DNA of 64,000 nucleotides from positions 6,941 to 70,940 of the IMG/VR virus record IMGVR_UViG_3300030042_000123; one strand, given 5' to 3'. A model generated the notes under the pieces. The model was given only the letters and a program-made list of their open reading frames with translations. It did not search any database and was not told the origin of the DNA. A program made the position numbers and the translations under genes. Position 1 is the first letter of the stretch; each line of letters starts with the position of its first letter. Positions 19,500 to 29,473 of the stretch are shown here, piece after piece. The DNA comes from a virus.

Positions 19500-19733
19500 T
19501 TAGTCAGTGATCGGATCGTTAGGGTCGCCGCCAGTCTTTTCGTCTTCCTTCAGGACTGACTCAAGGGTCTTCATGTAGTCTTCGTGATCCTCGAACGCCT
19601 GAGGATCGTGGGACTGCCCTGCGGCTGAGTCCTTTGCGTCCTTCTGTGCTACCTTGAGGCCTAGACGACCGAGTTCGCCCTTGTAGAGCGAGTTCATTGC
19701 TGATGCGTCTGCTGCTGCGATTTTCTTTGCCAT
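19500..19733 (-). CDS. Small acidic putative head protein
   Basis: Likely start ATG 19733 (RBS GGAG); begins MAKKIA|AADA (K-X-A). Confidence 0.55.
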   Translation of the reverse strand: MAKKIAAADASAMNSLYKGELGRLGLKVAQKDAKDSAAGQSHDPQAFEDHEDYMKTLESVLKEDEKTGGDPNDPITD

Positions 19734-19828
19734 TTTAAGCTCCGAAGGGAGGAATACCCCCTGCAAAGGGGGACTGTAGTTGAGTTTCGTTATACTTGCG
19801 AAGGTACGCTGTCTCATGACGACCTTCC

Positions 19829-21673
19829 TTAAACGCTAAACATTACAACAGGCACGACTGGCTCTCCCCCGAACGAGAATGGCGTAATCGTGCCCAGAGT
19901 GGTGGGCATAACCCCACCGCCTGTGATTGCATTTGCGGCTGAACCAAATCGGACGGGTGGGACTGGAGACGAGTACGGAAACGACCATTGATTCAGGAGG
20001 TTCGCCATCGAAGAGGAATCCTGATGGCTGAACACGGAACCGCCGTTTGAGGCATCGTAACTCCCCCACGCGAACCAGTAAATTCCCGAAGGGAGAGTGA
20101 CAGGCCCAACCGCAACCTGTTTAGTCCATTGGCTGTGATTTGACGTGTCGAGAAAATTTGCTCCCGCGTCAATCAGTTTCGTATTTCCATCCGCTGAGTA
20201 GAGAGCACACGTCATCCAACCGCCAGCACCCGAACCTGTGACCGTGGTAGCCGTGACGTGGGATATGACAAACTCAACTTCGAGAATGACTTGGATTACA
20301 TTCACGACATTGTTAGTGAGAATGCTTCCGCTAGTCCCAACTGTGCTATAGTCCTGACCGCCAAGAAACCAACCCAGTCCTGCTGTCTGGAACTTTGACC
20401 CACCACCTGCCGCCGTTTCCCACGCGGGTACACCTGCAACCACCGTCAATACTTGACCAGAAGTACCGATTGGTAGTCGCTCGGGGCCGAGCACGGCTGG
20501 GGAACCAGTCAAGCCCTCGTAGATCATATCCCCAACGGTGGTCATGGGGTTTGCAAAACCTGAACTCGGAACCGTAGCAACGAATTCAGTTCCGTTGAAA
20601 GTAAGGACAGCCCCAGTCGGTATTCCTGATGGTGGGGCGGTGATGGTGGTAGCAGTATTCATGGTAACGGCGGCGTTGGCTAGTGCCCGGCCTGCCAACG
20701 ACCCACCGCCCAATGTAATCGACGAGACAGCGAGAATGTTACCCACAGTAACAGCACCCGGACCAATCGTTGTCCATGAGCTTCCAACGACCCAAACTAC
20801 GTTAGCAGCTTGAGCACCATTGGCTAGTGTGATCGTTCCAGCAATAGCCTGAGTGATTGTCGAAGCGGTCGCGTAGAATACGAACACAGCGTTCGGACTG
20901 CCCTGTGCATCAAGAATGATTGGTGTGCTGATTGCAAGGCTCGATCCACTCTTATAATTGCCCGCATAGTAGGTGCCAGTCGGAGCACCCGCTGAATGCT
21001 GGGTGCCCATGTCTGCTGTAGTGAGTGTCTGGATGAAGGTCAAACCTTCGTAATGAGTGATTGCCGTGTTGAGGTCCGTCAAGGCTTGAGATGCGACAGG
21101 CGAGATAACTGTCGTAGGCGGTGTCAAAGTCCATGGCGGGGTGCCTGCGGTGATGGTTGTGCCTCCGACATTTCCACCGCTGATGACCGTGCCCGCACCA
21201 TCCGAGTTCGTGACCGTGGTTCCCAGTACGGCGTAAGTTGCTGCCGTAGCTAATTGCGTGGTGACGGGAGACGAAGGGCCTGAGGGAAGGGACACATCGG
21301 ACAACGAAGCCAAAGTCGTAGTAGCCCAAGCTCCGTTATTAAAAATGTAAAGCGCGTTTCCGCTGCCCACAGCCCAACCATTTTTCGGTGTGTAGTATTC
21401 CCATTCACCGCTTGGAACCGCTGGATTGTCGGTTGACCAGTAGGCGAGATTGTTAGCTTGAGCCGACCACACACCCGTAGGACTGCTTCCAATGATGTAG
21501 GAGTCTCCGTTGGCGGGGGACACGGGCGGTGTGTTCAACCCGACGCTGATAACGTTCGACTCAACGAGTGCCTGAAGCCCGCGCAGCAACGCTTCGCCTG
21601 CGGTGTAATAGCCGTCACCGAGGGCTGCGCTAACGAATAACTGCGGAATTTTGGGGCCGAAGTGGATGCTCAT
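19829..21673 (-). CDS. Tail-fibre-like protein: DUF2793-like N-terminus + DUF3494 ice-binding-like domain
   Basis: N-term TPPVSPANGDSYIIGSSPTGVWSAQANNLAYW...PKNGW (DUF2793-like); DUF3494 at about 20640-21256; LPIGTSGQVLTVVAGVPAWE fibre segment. Confidence 0.8.
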   Translation of the reverse strand: MSIHFGPKIPQLFVSAALGDGYYTAGEALLRGLQALVESNVISVGLNTPPVSPANGDSYIIGSSPTGVWSAQANNLAYWSTDNPAVPSGEWEYYTPKNGWAVGSGNALYIFNNGAWATTTLASLSDVSLPSGPSSPVTTQLATAATYAVLGTTVTNSDGAGTVISGGNVGGTTITAGTPPWTLTPPTTVISPVASQALTDLNTAITHYEGLTFIQTLTTADMGTQHSAGAPTGTYYAGNYKSGSSLAISTPIILDAQGSPNAVFVFYATASTITQAIAGTITLANGAQAANVVWVVGSSWTTIGPGAVTVGNILAVSSITLGGGSLAGRALANAAVTMNTATTITAPPSGIPTGAVLTFNGTEFVATVPSSGFANPMTTVGDMIYEGLTGSPAVLGPERLPIGTSGQVLTVVAGVPAWETAAGGGSKFQTAGLGWFLGGQDYSTVGTSGSILTNNVVNVIQVILEVEFVISHVTATTVTGSGAGGWMTCALYSADGNTKLIDAGANFLDTSNHSQWTKQVAVGPVTLPSGIYWFAWGSYDASNGGSVFSHQDSSSMANLLNQWSFPYSSPVPPVRFGSAANAITGGGVMPTTLGTITPFSFGGEPVVPVVMFSV

Positions 21674-21712
21674 GGTTTAACCGTCCTCAAGTAAGAATTC
21701 GTTAGTCCTCGT

Positions 21713-22426
21713 TTAGACTACAGTGATGGTCGCGGTAACGGGGGCGAGACCAGCAATCGGGAGACCCAAATCGGCGTTTGTAGCGGTCGCAGGATAGCCA
21801 TTCATCGTCAGGGTGATGGTGCCTAAAGCCAATCCGCTGCCCCAACTCACCCCCCACTGCTGACCCCATCCGGGTCCAAACACTATATCCAAAATGTATA
21901 CGCCACTCGGTCCTAAGAGCATCGTATTAAGTCCATTTGTATCCGTTATGACGACTTGTGGTACACCCTCAGTCAACCACAACAAAAATACGGAGTTAGG
22001 TACTGGTGAGCCAGCGATGTCATTAACAATGTTAGGATCGGCGACCAGCGACATGAACGGGCTTACAACGTCACCAGTGGGAATGTAGGTGGCAACCAGT
22101 GCAAATCCGGGTACAAATAGGGCGCTGACTGGCGACCCCGATAAAAATGCTACAAAAGGCGGGTTGGGCACGTGATGAACGACTTGAACGAAGCCCTGAG
22201 GGTCTATGGCTTGAACCAGATATATCAGGTAGCGGTTGTTGGTTCCGTCGAACGCCCACGATTGCACGGTCTGAAGTGACCCGTCCACGTAGATGCTCAG
22301 GTCGCGAGCGGGATTGAATGCACCAAGAGGTCCAATCTGCATGAACGGGCCAAAGTACGGCGAGTTCACTACAAGCTGAATTCTATTCGGGTACGGCCCG
22401 TTCGTGAGTGCCTGAACTATTTGCAC
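21713..22426 (-). CDS. Putative virion structural protein
   Basis: Beta-rich ORF within the structural module; no family recognised. Confidence 0.55.
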   Translation of the reverse strand: MQIVQALTNGPYPNRIQLVVNSPYFGPFMQIGPLGAFNPARDLSIYVDGSLQTVQSWAFDGTNNRYLIYLVQAIDPQGFVQVVHHVPNPPFVAFLSGSPVSALFVPGFALVATYIPTGDVVSPFMSLVADPNIVNDIAGSPVPNSVFLLWLTEGVPQVVITDTNGLNTMLLGPSGVYILDIVFGPGWGQQWGVSWGSGLALGTITLTMNGYPATATNADLGLPIAGLAPVTATITVV

Positions 22427-22430
22427 GTGG

Positions 22431-23456
22431 TTATTTGCCCTCTTCGCTTACGGCTAGTTCTTTTGCGCGGTCCTTAACGTACTTCCAGACCTTTCGAAGT
22501 TTTTCCATGTATTCCGGTGATTTCTTTTCCTTCACGTGTTTTCTCTCAGTTTCCTCGTATGGCAAGCCCTGATGCAGATGCGGCTCGCCCTTACGGTGCT
22601 TCTCTTCAATACTCTTCTGCTCGCTCTGATAAAGGTTCTGAATCGCTTCTTCCTCACCTTTTGGAGCGGGCTTCGGTGCTGGAGCGGGTGCTGGGGCAGG
22701 CTTCGGTTCTTCCTCGGCTGGCTCCGTCGATGGGTGATCGCGGTGCACCACGGGCTCTACCTGATCCTCCAGTTCCTCTTCGTGCATCAGGCGGGCTTCC
22801 TCCTGCTCACGCAGGGCTTCGTACAGCTTGTCCTGAACCTCCTTGTCCTTGACCTTCCTGATCTTCTCCAGTTCCTTCTTTTTCTTCATCTCCTCCTGTT
22901 TCTCTTGGAGGCGTTCGGGCGTCTTGTCCAGTTCGTCCTTCTTCTCCTGCATCGCCCGCTCGCGGAGAATCTTCACGATGTTGTGTTGGACGGAAGGCAG
23001 GATGCGTTCGAACACCGCATGAACGTGTTTGCAGATAACGAAGTTCCCCCGGAGGTCAAGCTGCTCAGAAGGTGCCTGCAATTGCGGTCTAGGCGTCCCT
23101 AGCAGCCCATCTCGCTGATGGAGGTTCCACTGGGCACCCCAATACAAGAACGCGGGGCAGGAGCAGCTAATCTGCACATCGAGGTCTTTCGCTTGGCTCG
23201 ACTCCTGTACCTTTGTCGTGTCAAATTGAACGCGCACATCGTGCCCTGCTGGGTCTGAATCCTCCTTGTTGCACTTCACGTTGTAGTGGAGGAACAGGGC
23301 TTTGGGGTTCGAATCGAGCAGCGATGGCGTGCATCCCGGGCGATACTTTTTCGAGAAGGCGTTCGTCTGGCGGACGAGATCAGGCAGTGAAATCGCAGTC
23401 TTTACCCCGAATTTCACGTACAGCCTAGATAGGGGAATGGTGACAGTCACGCTCAT
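22431..23456 (-). CDS. SWIM zinc-finger protein with acidic/coiled-coil C-terminus
   Basis: ISCSCPAFLYWG...VICKH; VKTA| near the N-terminus. Confidence 0.7.
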   Translation of the reverse strand: MSVTVTIPLSRLYVKFGVKTAISLPDLVRQTNAFSKKYRPGCTPSLLDSNPKALFLHYNVKCNKEDSDPAGHDVRVQFDTTKVQESSQAKDLDVQISCSCPAFLYWGAQWNLHQRDGLLGTPRPQLQAPSEQLDLRGNFVICKHVHAVFERILPSVQHNIVKILRERAMQEKKDELDKTPERLQEKQEEMKKKKELEKIRKVKDKEVQDKLYEALREQEEARLMHEEELEDQVEPVVHRDHPSTEPAEEEPKPAPAPAPAPKPAPKGEEEAIQNLYQSEQKSIEEKHRKGEPHLHQGLPYEETERKHVKEKKSPEYMEKLRKVWKYVKDRAKELAVSEEGK

Positions 23457-23490
23457 TTTAGACAGAAGCCCTCATCTGAGAAATTGAAAG

Positions 23491-23829
23491 TCAGTAGCCT
23501 AGCACGGAGTCATATCCCTCTCCGTAAAACACTATCTTCAAACGACTTAGACCGTCCCCGATGTAACCCAGTGAGATGAGGTTACGGACGACCCTCATTT
23601 TAACCAGCTTCCTGAACTCGGAAACTGTTTGATTGTCCTTCAGGCGATTGCAGTATTCGCAGGCGGGCAGGAGGTTCCACTCGGCGTTCGGTCCACCTCG
23701 GCTGGCGGGCTTTGCATGGTCTACGGTGAGGTCACAAAGCTCGGCGGGAGCGTAACCACAGTACCAGCACCGCCCATCGCACTTGCGAACGGTCCTCCAC
23801 CACTGGGTTTTGCGGGGCGTGCGGGGCAT
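23491..23829 (-). CDS. HNH endonuclease
   Basis: CWYCG...LTVDHAKPASRGGPNAEWNLLPACEYCNRLK. Confidence 0.9.
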   Translation of the reverse strand: MPRTPRKTQWWRTVRKCDGRCWYCGYAPAELCDLTVDHAKPASRGGPNAEWNLLPACEYCNRLKDNQTVSEFRKLVKMRVVRNLISLGYIGDGLSRLKIVFYGEGYDSVLGY

Positions 23830-24308
23830 TACAGGTCTTTAGGCTTGAGACCGAGGCCGAGACGTTTACGCACCACCGGATCAGTGAGGTCCTCGCCGTC
23901 TTTGAGACCCATCCGCTCACGGAACTCCGGGTCATCCAGACTGACCTCGGTCGGCTGAGCTTTCTTCCGCTTCTGCTTAATCTCTTCCTGTGTCGGTTTT
24001 TGCGGTGTTGATGGGGTTTTTGGTAGGTCGGGCGTGAGCTTGGGATGGGAAAGCTTGAGCAACCTCGCGCACTCGGTGGGGTCAATCGGTCGCGGTTGGG
24101 GCTTCTCGATCACTTCTTCGGCGGATTTGTCCTTGACAAAGGCGCTCATACCCAGCGAGGACTGCTTCAGGGTCTTGACGATCTGTCCATTGCGGTACAC
24201 CGTGAGGCGCTGGGCGGTCGTATCGTGGACGAGAATGTCCCCGGCGTTGACTCGGAAGCTAAATTGAACAAAATTGATCGGACTCTTGGCTACGTAGCTA
24301 CGTTGCAT
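23829..24308 (-). CDS. Hypothetical protein
   Basis: RBS GGAGG; stop/start overlap with neighbours. Confidence 0.6.
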   Translation of the reverse strand: MQRSYVAKSPINFVQFSFRVNAGDILVHDTTAQRLTVYRNGQIVKTLKQSSLGMSAFVKDKSAEEVIEKPQPRPIDPTECARLLKLSHPKLTPDLPKTPSTPQKPTQEEIKQKRKKAQPTEVSLDDPEFRERMGLKDGEDLTDPVVRKRLGLGLKPKDL

Positions 24309-24702
24309 CCTGCCTCCACTTACTTAAATACTCAATCGCCTTGTAAAATAAGGCCACATCATCTTTGAATGTGCCCAAAATGCGATTACACCGTCCGCAC
24401 AGTAAATCTCGATTGATGCCCGTAGCGTGGTCGTGGTCTACGGCTAAAAGTATTACTTTTCCTCTTCGGGTTATTGTTTCTGGTTGCCCGCACAAAGCAC
24501 ACAGACCTTTTTGCTTTTCGAATTTTTGATTGTAGCCATCCAGCGACAATCCGAACTTTTTCTTCAGATAATATCGTTTCATGGTCTGTGGGTAGTAAAC
24601 GCGATTGCGCTGATAATATTGCTTAGCGGATTCAGCGCACGCTTCGCACTTTGTTTTCCCGGGACGAGCGGGTCTAGTGCATGAACCACTGGCACATTGC
24701 AT
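24298..24702 (-). CDS. Endonuclease VII-like homing endonuclease
   Basis: KQKGLCALCG...LAVDHDHATGINRDLLCGRCNRILG. Confidence 0.88.
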   Translation of the reverse strand: MQCASGSCTRPARPGKTKCEACAESAKQYYQRNRVYYPQTMKRYYLKKKFGLSLDGYNQKFEKQKGLCALCGQPETITRRGKVILLAVDHDHATGINRDLLCGRCNRILGTFKDDVALFYKAIEYLSKWRQDAT

Positions 24703-24754
24703 ATATCCAAATATCTCCTCTACTTAATACTTGGATATTTGGTTATTATTGGGG

Positions 24755-24789
24755 AAAAAGGAAAAAGGGCTCGGATTGCTCCGAGCCCT
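24755..24789 (-). terminator. Rho-independent terminator after the major capsid gene
   Basis: AGGGCTCGGA-gcaa-TCCGAGCCCT followed by TTTTCCTTTTT. Confidence 0.88.
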
Positions 24790-24814
24790 AAGGTTAACCG
24801 CGACAACGAGAGGT

Positions 24815-25774
24815 TTAGTTCTCGCCGTAGTTGGCGGTCGCGTTGAAGCGGCCATTGACTGTGAGACGCTGGACACCTGATGGGTTGAACACCAAGAAGC
24901 CCAAGTTCTCGAAGATGCTGAAACCGATCTGACGGAGGTCAGGACGGTCGGCAGACATCACGGTCAACGGAATACGTTCTGGGATTACGCCGAGGAACTC
25001 AGCGTCCGCCAGAATGTAGATGCAGCCGTAGCCGACCTTACGAGACTGGAGGAGCGTTGCGCCCCAGAGATAGCCCATGACGCCCGTCTTCAACAGCTTG
25101 CGCTGTGTTTCACGGTCGATGTTTTGCTGCGTCCACTTCAACAGGTCCGTGTAGTCACGCGGATTGAAGAAGATGAAAGCAACCGACAGATCGTGGCGTG
25201 CAACCTGACCAAAGCCGTCTGCCAACGAGTTGATGTCGATGGGAGCGTTGATGGCGATGTCGGGGTTGTAAACCGGATCGTTGGGTGGGTGGCCGACTGC
25301 GCCTGCCGCAACACCGTCAAACAGGTTGAACACGTAACCATCTTCCGCTGCGCCTACTTCAGCCTTTGCGAGGTTGAGTGAACGAGCGACGAGATCGAAA
25401 CGACGTTCCTTGATCTGCGTGATCGGAATCATCGGGTTGGACACGATTTCAAACGTCGGAACCGTGACGCGCTTTGGCTTGGTGACGCGCACGATGTCGC
25501 CGCCTTCTTCACCTACCACAAAGGCCTCAACGAAGGACGAGCCCGGGGTGGAACCCACGGTCATCGCGCTTACATCAAATTCCTTATCGTAGATGGGCAG
25601 AGCGCCATCGGGAAGAGTTTCAACCATAAGAGCCTTGCGAGCAATGCTCATATAGTCACGACGACGACGGAGGGACGGTCCCAACGAAGCCGCAAGTTTC
25701 TGACGACCACCCGCAGTCTTGAGCAACTGTCCGAGCATAGCCGTCTGCTGTTGTGTACGAGAAAGGTTTGCCAT
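24815..25774 (-). CDS. Major capsid protein (probable HK97 fold)
   Basis: Start ATG 25774 with AAGGAG RBS; QKLAASL...DYMSIARKALMVETLPDGALPIYDKE, IPITQIKERRFDLVAR, AAEDGYVF; follows scaffold/protease/decoration genes and precedes a strong terminator. Confidence 0.8.
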   Translation of the reverse strand: MANLSRTQQQTAMLGQLLKTAGGRQKLAASLGPSLRRRRDYMSIARKALMVETLPDGALPIYDKEFDVSAMTVGSTPGSSFVEAFVVGEEGGDIVRVTKPKRVTVPTFEIVSNPMIPITQIKERRFDLVARSLNLAKAEVGAAEDGYVFNLFDGVAAGAVGHPPNDPVYNPDIAINAPIDINSLADGFGQVARHDLSVAFIFFNPRDYTDLLKWTQQNIDRETQRKLLKTGVMGYLWGATLLQSRKVGYGCIYILADAEFLGVIPERIPLTVMSADRPDLRQIGFSIFENLGFLVFNPSGVQRLTVNGRFNATANYGEN

Positions 25775-25791
25775 GTTGTTCTTTTTCTCCT

Positions 25792-26361
25792 TTACAGTAA
25801 CGACGCTACGCCGAGCCAAGCTTCGGTCGTGGTTGGAACGTGGGTGCAAATACCGACAGCGGGCGAAGCAGCGTGGCTGCGTGCCGCCGAGGTGTACTGT
25901 CCGATGTTCGCGGAAGTGGCGCAGCCACAATACAGATACGCACCGAGTGTGAACGCTGCGCTCGTATCATAGCAATTTCCGTCCGAGTTACCCACCATTC
26001 CCTGCCACATGGCACGGACAACGGGGGCTTTCTTGGAACCGGAAGGCCCAATAGCGCCAGCGAATTCGCCGCCGTTGTTGAGCAGAGTTGCGAAGGGAGT
26101 GCCAGCGTTTCCAGACCCATAGTAAGTCGCGTCCGTGTCGCATGGAGCGATGTTACCGATTTGTCCGAAAGCAGGTTGGTTGGGAGGTTGAATCGGGTAT
26201 GCAGCGTTCGTGCTTGCACCAAGAATGGCTACAATCACGCCGCCGACGTATCCGCCAGCCTTCAACGTCTGTTGGTCAGTTCCCGGATCGCCAGTGAGGA
26301 ATACCGCTGGGGTGCAGTTAACGGAATCGTTCTGACCCAGATAGTGTAATTTCACACTCAT
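25792..26361 (-). CDS. Putative head decoration protein
   Basis: Start ATG 26361 (GGAG RBS); small Gly-rich beta protein directly upstream of the capsid gene, ends LGVASLL. Confidence 0.6.
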   Translation of the reverse strand: MSVKLHYLGQNDSVNCTPAVFLTGDPGTDQQTLKAGGYVGGVIVAILGASTNAAYPIQPPNQPAFGQIGNIAPCDTDATYYGSGNAGTPFATLLNNGGEFAGAIGPSGSKKAPVVRAMWQGMVGNSDGNCYDTSAAFTLGAYLYCGCATSANIGQYTSAARSHAASPAVGICTHVPTTTEAWLGVASLL

Positions 26362-26528
26362 TTTGGTTTCTCCAGTTTTGTGTACGAGAGTTTGATTATT
26401 CTTCCCAATCCGGCCTTTTGGGGGCTCAGGACTATAGGTTGAACGACTCTCACATAAGACATGCGTATCAAATTTTTTCACTAACTAGCGATTTTTGTCG
26501 ATTTGACCGTATTAAGTAGAGAGGTTTT

Positions 26529-27278
26529 ATGTTTGTCTATCTGGTAACCAGCTTGGTTGACGGGAAGATGTACATCGGCAAAACCGAAAAGACCATTCGA
26601 GGAAGATGGCGTGAACACCTGAAGAACGCAAAACAACCAAAGCGCCATCAAGAGTACCTGTACCGCGCTCTTCGCAAACACGGCCCCGAAAATTTCCACG
26701 TGCAGCAATTAGCGAAAGCAACCACAACCGAAGAACTCAACCAACTTGAACAGTTATGGATTTTGCTTCTTAAAACCCTGTCGCCCGATGGCTACAACAT
26801 GACGGCAGGCGGGGATGGCGTACCAGCAACGCCGGAAATACGTGAAAAATTACGCATAAAAGCATTGGGAAGAGTTTCAACGAAACGGCAAAGAGAGACC
26901 ACCAGTCTGCTATTCAAAGGCAAACCCAAGCCCGCTACTCAACGCGCAAAAATAGCGGCAAGTTGGAATGATGACCGTCGTAACAAGATGAGCAAACTCT
27001 CCACAGCCGTCAACAAAATAGAAAACTCCAAGCTTAGAGATTTTACCTGTCCAGATTGCGGCACAGAATTTAAGCAAGTCGCCAAGGGTGTCTACGGCGG
27101 TCATCGACGCTTCTGCCTACATTACGGCGGATTGTACAAAGTCTGGTTAACATGGGAAGGGACTGTCGCTGAGTTTGTTGAACTCTATGGCGTCAATCGA
27201 TCCACGGTGTATAACTGGAAAAACGAAAGAAATTTTGTGGTGTTTAGCACACCACCCCCATTGAGCCCATCGGCATAA
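26529..27278 (+). CDS. GIY-YIG homing endonuclease, antisense to the structural operon
   Basis: FVYLVTSLVDGKMYIGKT, YLYRALRKHG, GYNMTAGGDG; own GTATTAA promoter-like site and GAGG RBS. Confidence 0.88.
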   Translation: MFVYLVTSLVDGKMYIGKTEKTIRGRWREHLKNAKQPKRHQEYLYRALRKHGPENFHVQQLAKATTTEELNQLEQLWILLLKTLSPDGYNMTAGGDGVPATPEIREKLRIKALGRVSTKRQRETTSLLFKGKPKPATQRAKIAASWNDDRRNKMSKLSTAVNKIENSKLRDFTCPDCGTEFKQVAKGVYGGHRRFCLHYGGLYKVWLTWEGTVAEFVELYGVNRSTVYNWKNERNFVVFSTPPPLSPSA

Positions 27279-27882
27279 TTAAATTTGCGGGCAGTGCGGC
27301 AAAGAATGATACCGCAAGCTCGGCTCCACCATTGCCTCCCACGGTCCAACCCGAGTTACTAAGAGTTGCTGCCGTGGTTTGAATTTGATAGGCACTACAA
27401 CCGACACCATAATCGTATCGGTTTTCGGGATTGGGATATGCTGGGTTCCATGGTGAACTCGCACCGACAGTTGGATAGGATGCCCCCGAATATGATTGTG
27501 TTGTAAAAAGCACCAATTCATTATCCACAGTCGGAGTCAAGCTGATGGCATACGCAGAGGAATACCAATAGCCAGAATTGGTTTGATCGAGGGCGGACGT
27601 TGCGGCTACCCCGCTAAATTCCCAAATTGTACCGAACGTAGCGGGAAAACTTACGGTGTTCGACCCCGCCTTGCAATTCATGGCGTAGAAAATAGAGGCT
27701 GAACCAGACTGAATCGCCAAATCCCATGTGTTCCCTTGACCGTCTGATACACCGCTGGTGATACCCCCTGTGTAGGATATAAAAATGAGAAGATCACCAA
27801 CAGTGTTGTTGCTTCCGTAGGTAAGACTTGAAGCTTGGGAACCGCCAGTTGTGCTCGTGTACTGTACCTCTGCGATTGACAT
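27244..27882 (-). CDS. Putative virion beta-sandwich protein
   Basis: NTVGDLLI...VSDGQGNTWDLA...EFSGVA...NELV pattern, similar to the carrier part of 6121-8595. Confidence 0.55.
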   Translation of the reverse strand: MSIAEVQYTSTTGGSQASSLTYGSNNTVGDLLIFISYTGGITSGVSDGQGNTWDLAIQSGSASIFYAMNCKAGSNTVSFPATFGTIWEFSGVAATSALDQTNSGYWYSSAYAISLTPTVDNELVLFTTQSYSGASYPTVGASSPWNPAYPNPENRYDYGVGCSAYQIQTTAATLSNSGWTVGGNGGAELAVSFFAALPANLIMPMGSMGVVC

Positions 27883-27894
27883 TATGCCGTCCCC

Positions 27895-28485
27895 TTATGC
27901 GTAGAAGAATAGTACATCGGAAGTTGCCGACGTGGAACCCGTTCGGGTCGTGGTGCAAGCAATGGTGATGCCCGTGCTCATAGCGATACCGAGATCAATC
28001 GCCTGAACTAGCCCAGCACCGTTCGTGCCTGATGCTGGAGCGGGGACAGGAATCACAAAGTCTGGAGTCGTAGTACCTACTGTGACGTTCGTGCTGAGCT
28101 TGTTGAAGACCTGAACGTAACAAAGGGCCGACCCGTTGTTCATGATTGTCCAGCCGTAAATTTGCCCGGCCGAACCCTTAACCTGCTCTTTAGTGCTCGT
28201 TAATGAAGCAGAGTAGGGTAGACCCATACCACCCGAGGTTTCCGGGACTTGCTGCACAGCAACAGTTGCGGCAATACTCACGGGTTGAGTTGTCTGCCAG
28301 AAAGTTCCTGTGACTGCAACGGAGCCCGAGACGGCAACCGTCCACGATCCTGATTGTGTGACCGCGACCGTACCTGATACAGAAATGGCGTTCTCAACGT
28401 TGACGCCTATATTGCCTGAGCCGTCCTGATTGGTCGCGAGGGCGAATACGCCGCCTGCTTCGAGAATGATTGTGCTGAGTGACAT
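27895..28485 (-). CDS. Putative virion/fibre protein
   Basis: AAGGAG RBS; Thr/Val/Ser-rich repeats (VSGTVAVTQSG, VSGSVAVTG) and C-terminal VKGSAGQIYGW..N...YVQVFN beta domain. Confidence 0.55.
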   Translation of the reverse strand: MSLSTIILEAGGVFALATNQDGSGNIGVNVENAISVSGTVAVTQSGSWTVAVSGSVAVTGTFWQTTQPVSIAATVAVQQVPETSGGMGLPYSASLTSTKEQVKGSAGQIYGWTIMNNGSALCYVQVFNKLSTNVTVGTTTPDFVIPVPAPASGTNGAGLVQAIDLGIAMSTGITIACTTTRTGSTSATSDVLFFYA

Positions 28486-28602
28486 GATGGACTCCTTACT
28501 GAAGTGACCCGTAAGCAGTGAATTAGTAACTCAGGAGGAATTTCCCAATGGGATTGGGTTATCGGGGAAATTTCACTTGCGATTTTCTAAGCCGCAGAAA
28601 AT

Positions 28603-28628
28603 AAAGCCTCAGTTTTATCCGAGGCTTT
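28603..28628. terminator. Terminator-like hairpin
   Basis: AAAGCCTC-N10-GAGGCTTT downstream of 28651-28848. Confidence 0.55.
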
Positions 28629-28650
28629 GAATTTCACGACGTTGTTGAGA

Positions 28651-28848
28651 TTATGAAATCAGCTTTGGGTAGCTTTTCGAGCCTCGATAGAGAGCGCACG
28701 CTTTTATCAACAGAGCGTTGACTTCCTCAGAGACGGGCTCGTAGTGGGTGTCCCAGTAACCCAGTCCATAGCCTCTCCAGCACAGCAGACTGATGGTGTG
28801 GCTTAGCTTGGGGCGACCGCATTTGACACACCGGGGCTCAAAGACCAT
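28651..28848 (-). CDS. Small Cys-containing hypothetical protein, leaderless
   Basis: GGTATAAT 4 nt before ATG; CVKCG...H motif. Confidence 0.55.
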   Translation of the reverse strand: MVFEPRCVKCGRPKLSHTISLLCWRGYGLGYWDTHYEPVSEEVNALLIKACALYRGSKSYPKLIS

Positions 28849-28879
28849 CCCCCATTATACCACTACTCAAATCTTTAGT

Positions 28880-29416
28880 ATGGCGACACCTCCAGCGAAA
28901 ATTCTAGCAGTGCAGATGCAGACCCCAGAGGTTATCCAACTGCCTACAGGCGGCGGGACGGAACAAACTGGATACCGATGCATCCTCGCCGTCTCTTCCA
29001 TCTTAGCTAAAGTTCAAACCACAGTCCTATTTGGCCGCGACCTGTACGGCATTGGTCTGATGAGCAACTTTCCTGAAGAACAAATCTTCCCGCGTTTCGT
29101 GAATTCGTTCAAGGACAGACCGTGGAAGTGGGCGCAGTTGAACGCGATTCCCAATCCCGCCGTCCCATACCCACAGCAGCTTCCTCCCGCGCAGCCTCCC
29201 GTCGCCACGGGTGTCATCACCGTTCTGAACTCCGGTTGGGATGCCATGTTCGGGTACTGGATCGAGTTCAAGGGCAACTACTGGCTGCATTTTCCCCTGT
29301 TTAAGGATTGGGCGAGCCTCGTTATTCGTGACGGCCCAAACTACAAAGGGTTCCAGCCATCCGTGGGCTCAGGACGAGGCGGCTCGGGGTCTGGATCGGG
29401 AAATTGTAATTGCTAG
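28880..29416 (+). CDS. Hypothetical protein
   Basis: Long ORF, likely start MATPP at 28880; followed by a terminator. Confidence 0.6.
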   Translation: MATPPAKILAVQMQTPEVIQLPTGGGTEQTGYRCILAVSSILAKVQTTVLFGRDLYGIGLMSNFPEEQIFPRFVNSFKDRPWKWAQLNAIPNPAVPYPQQLPPAQPPVATGVITVLNSGWDAMFGYWIEFKGNYWLHFPLFKDWASLVIRDGPNYKGFQPSVGSGRGGSGSGSGNCNC

Positions 29417-29422
29417 AAAATG

Positions 29423-29449
29423 AAGGGGCCGCTTTTAGGCGACCCCTTT
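29423..29449. terminator. Bidirectional terminator-like hairpin between convergent genes
   Basis: AAGGGG...CCCCTT with A/T runs on both flanks. Confidence 0.6.
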
Positions 29450-29473
29450 GGTGATGCACTCGGTTGAGATTGA

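Noticed and set aside
28540-28575. Alternative hairpins (CCCAAT/ATTGGG, AATTTCCC/GGGAAATT) upstream of 28485
   Set aside because: Short, and possibly just a terminator or leader structure; not enough support for a distinct RNA.
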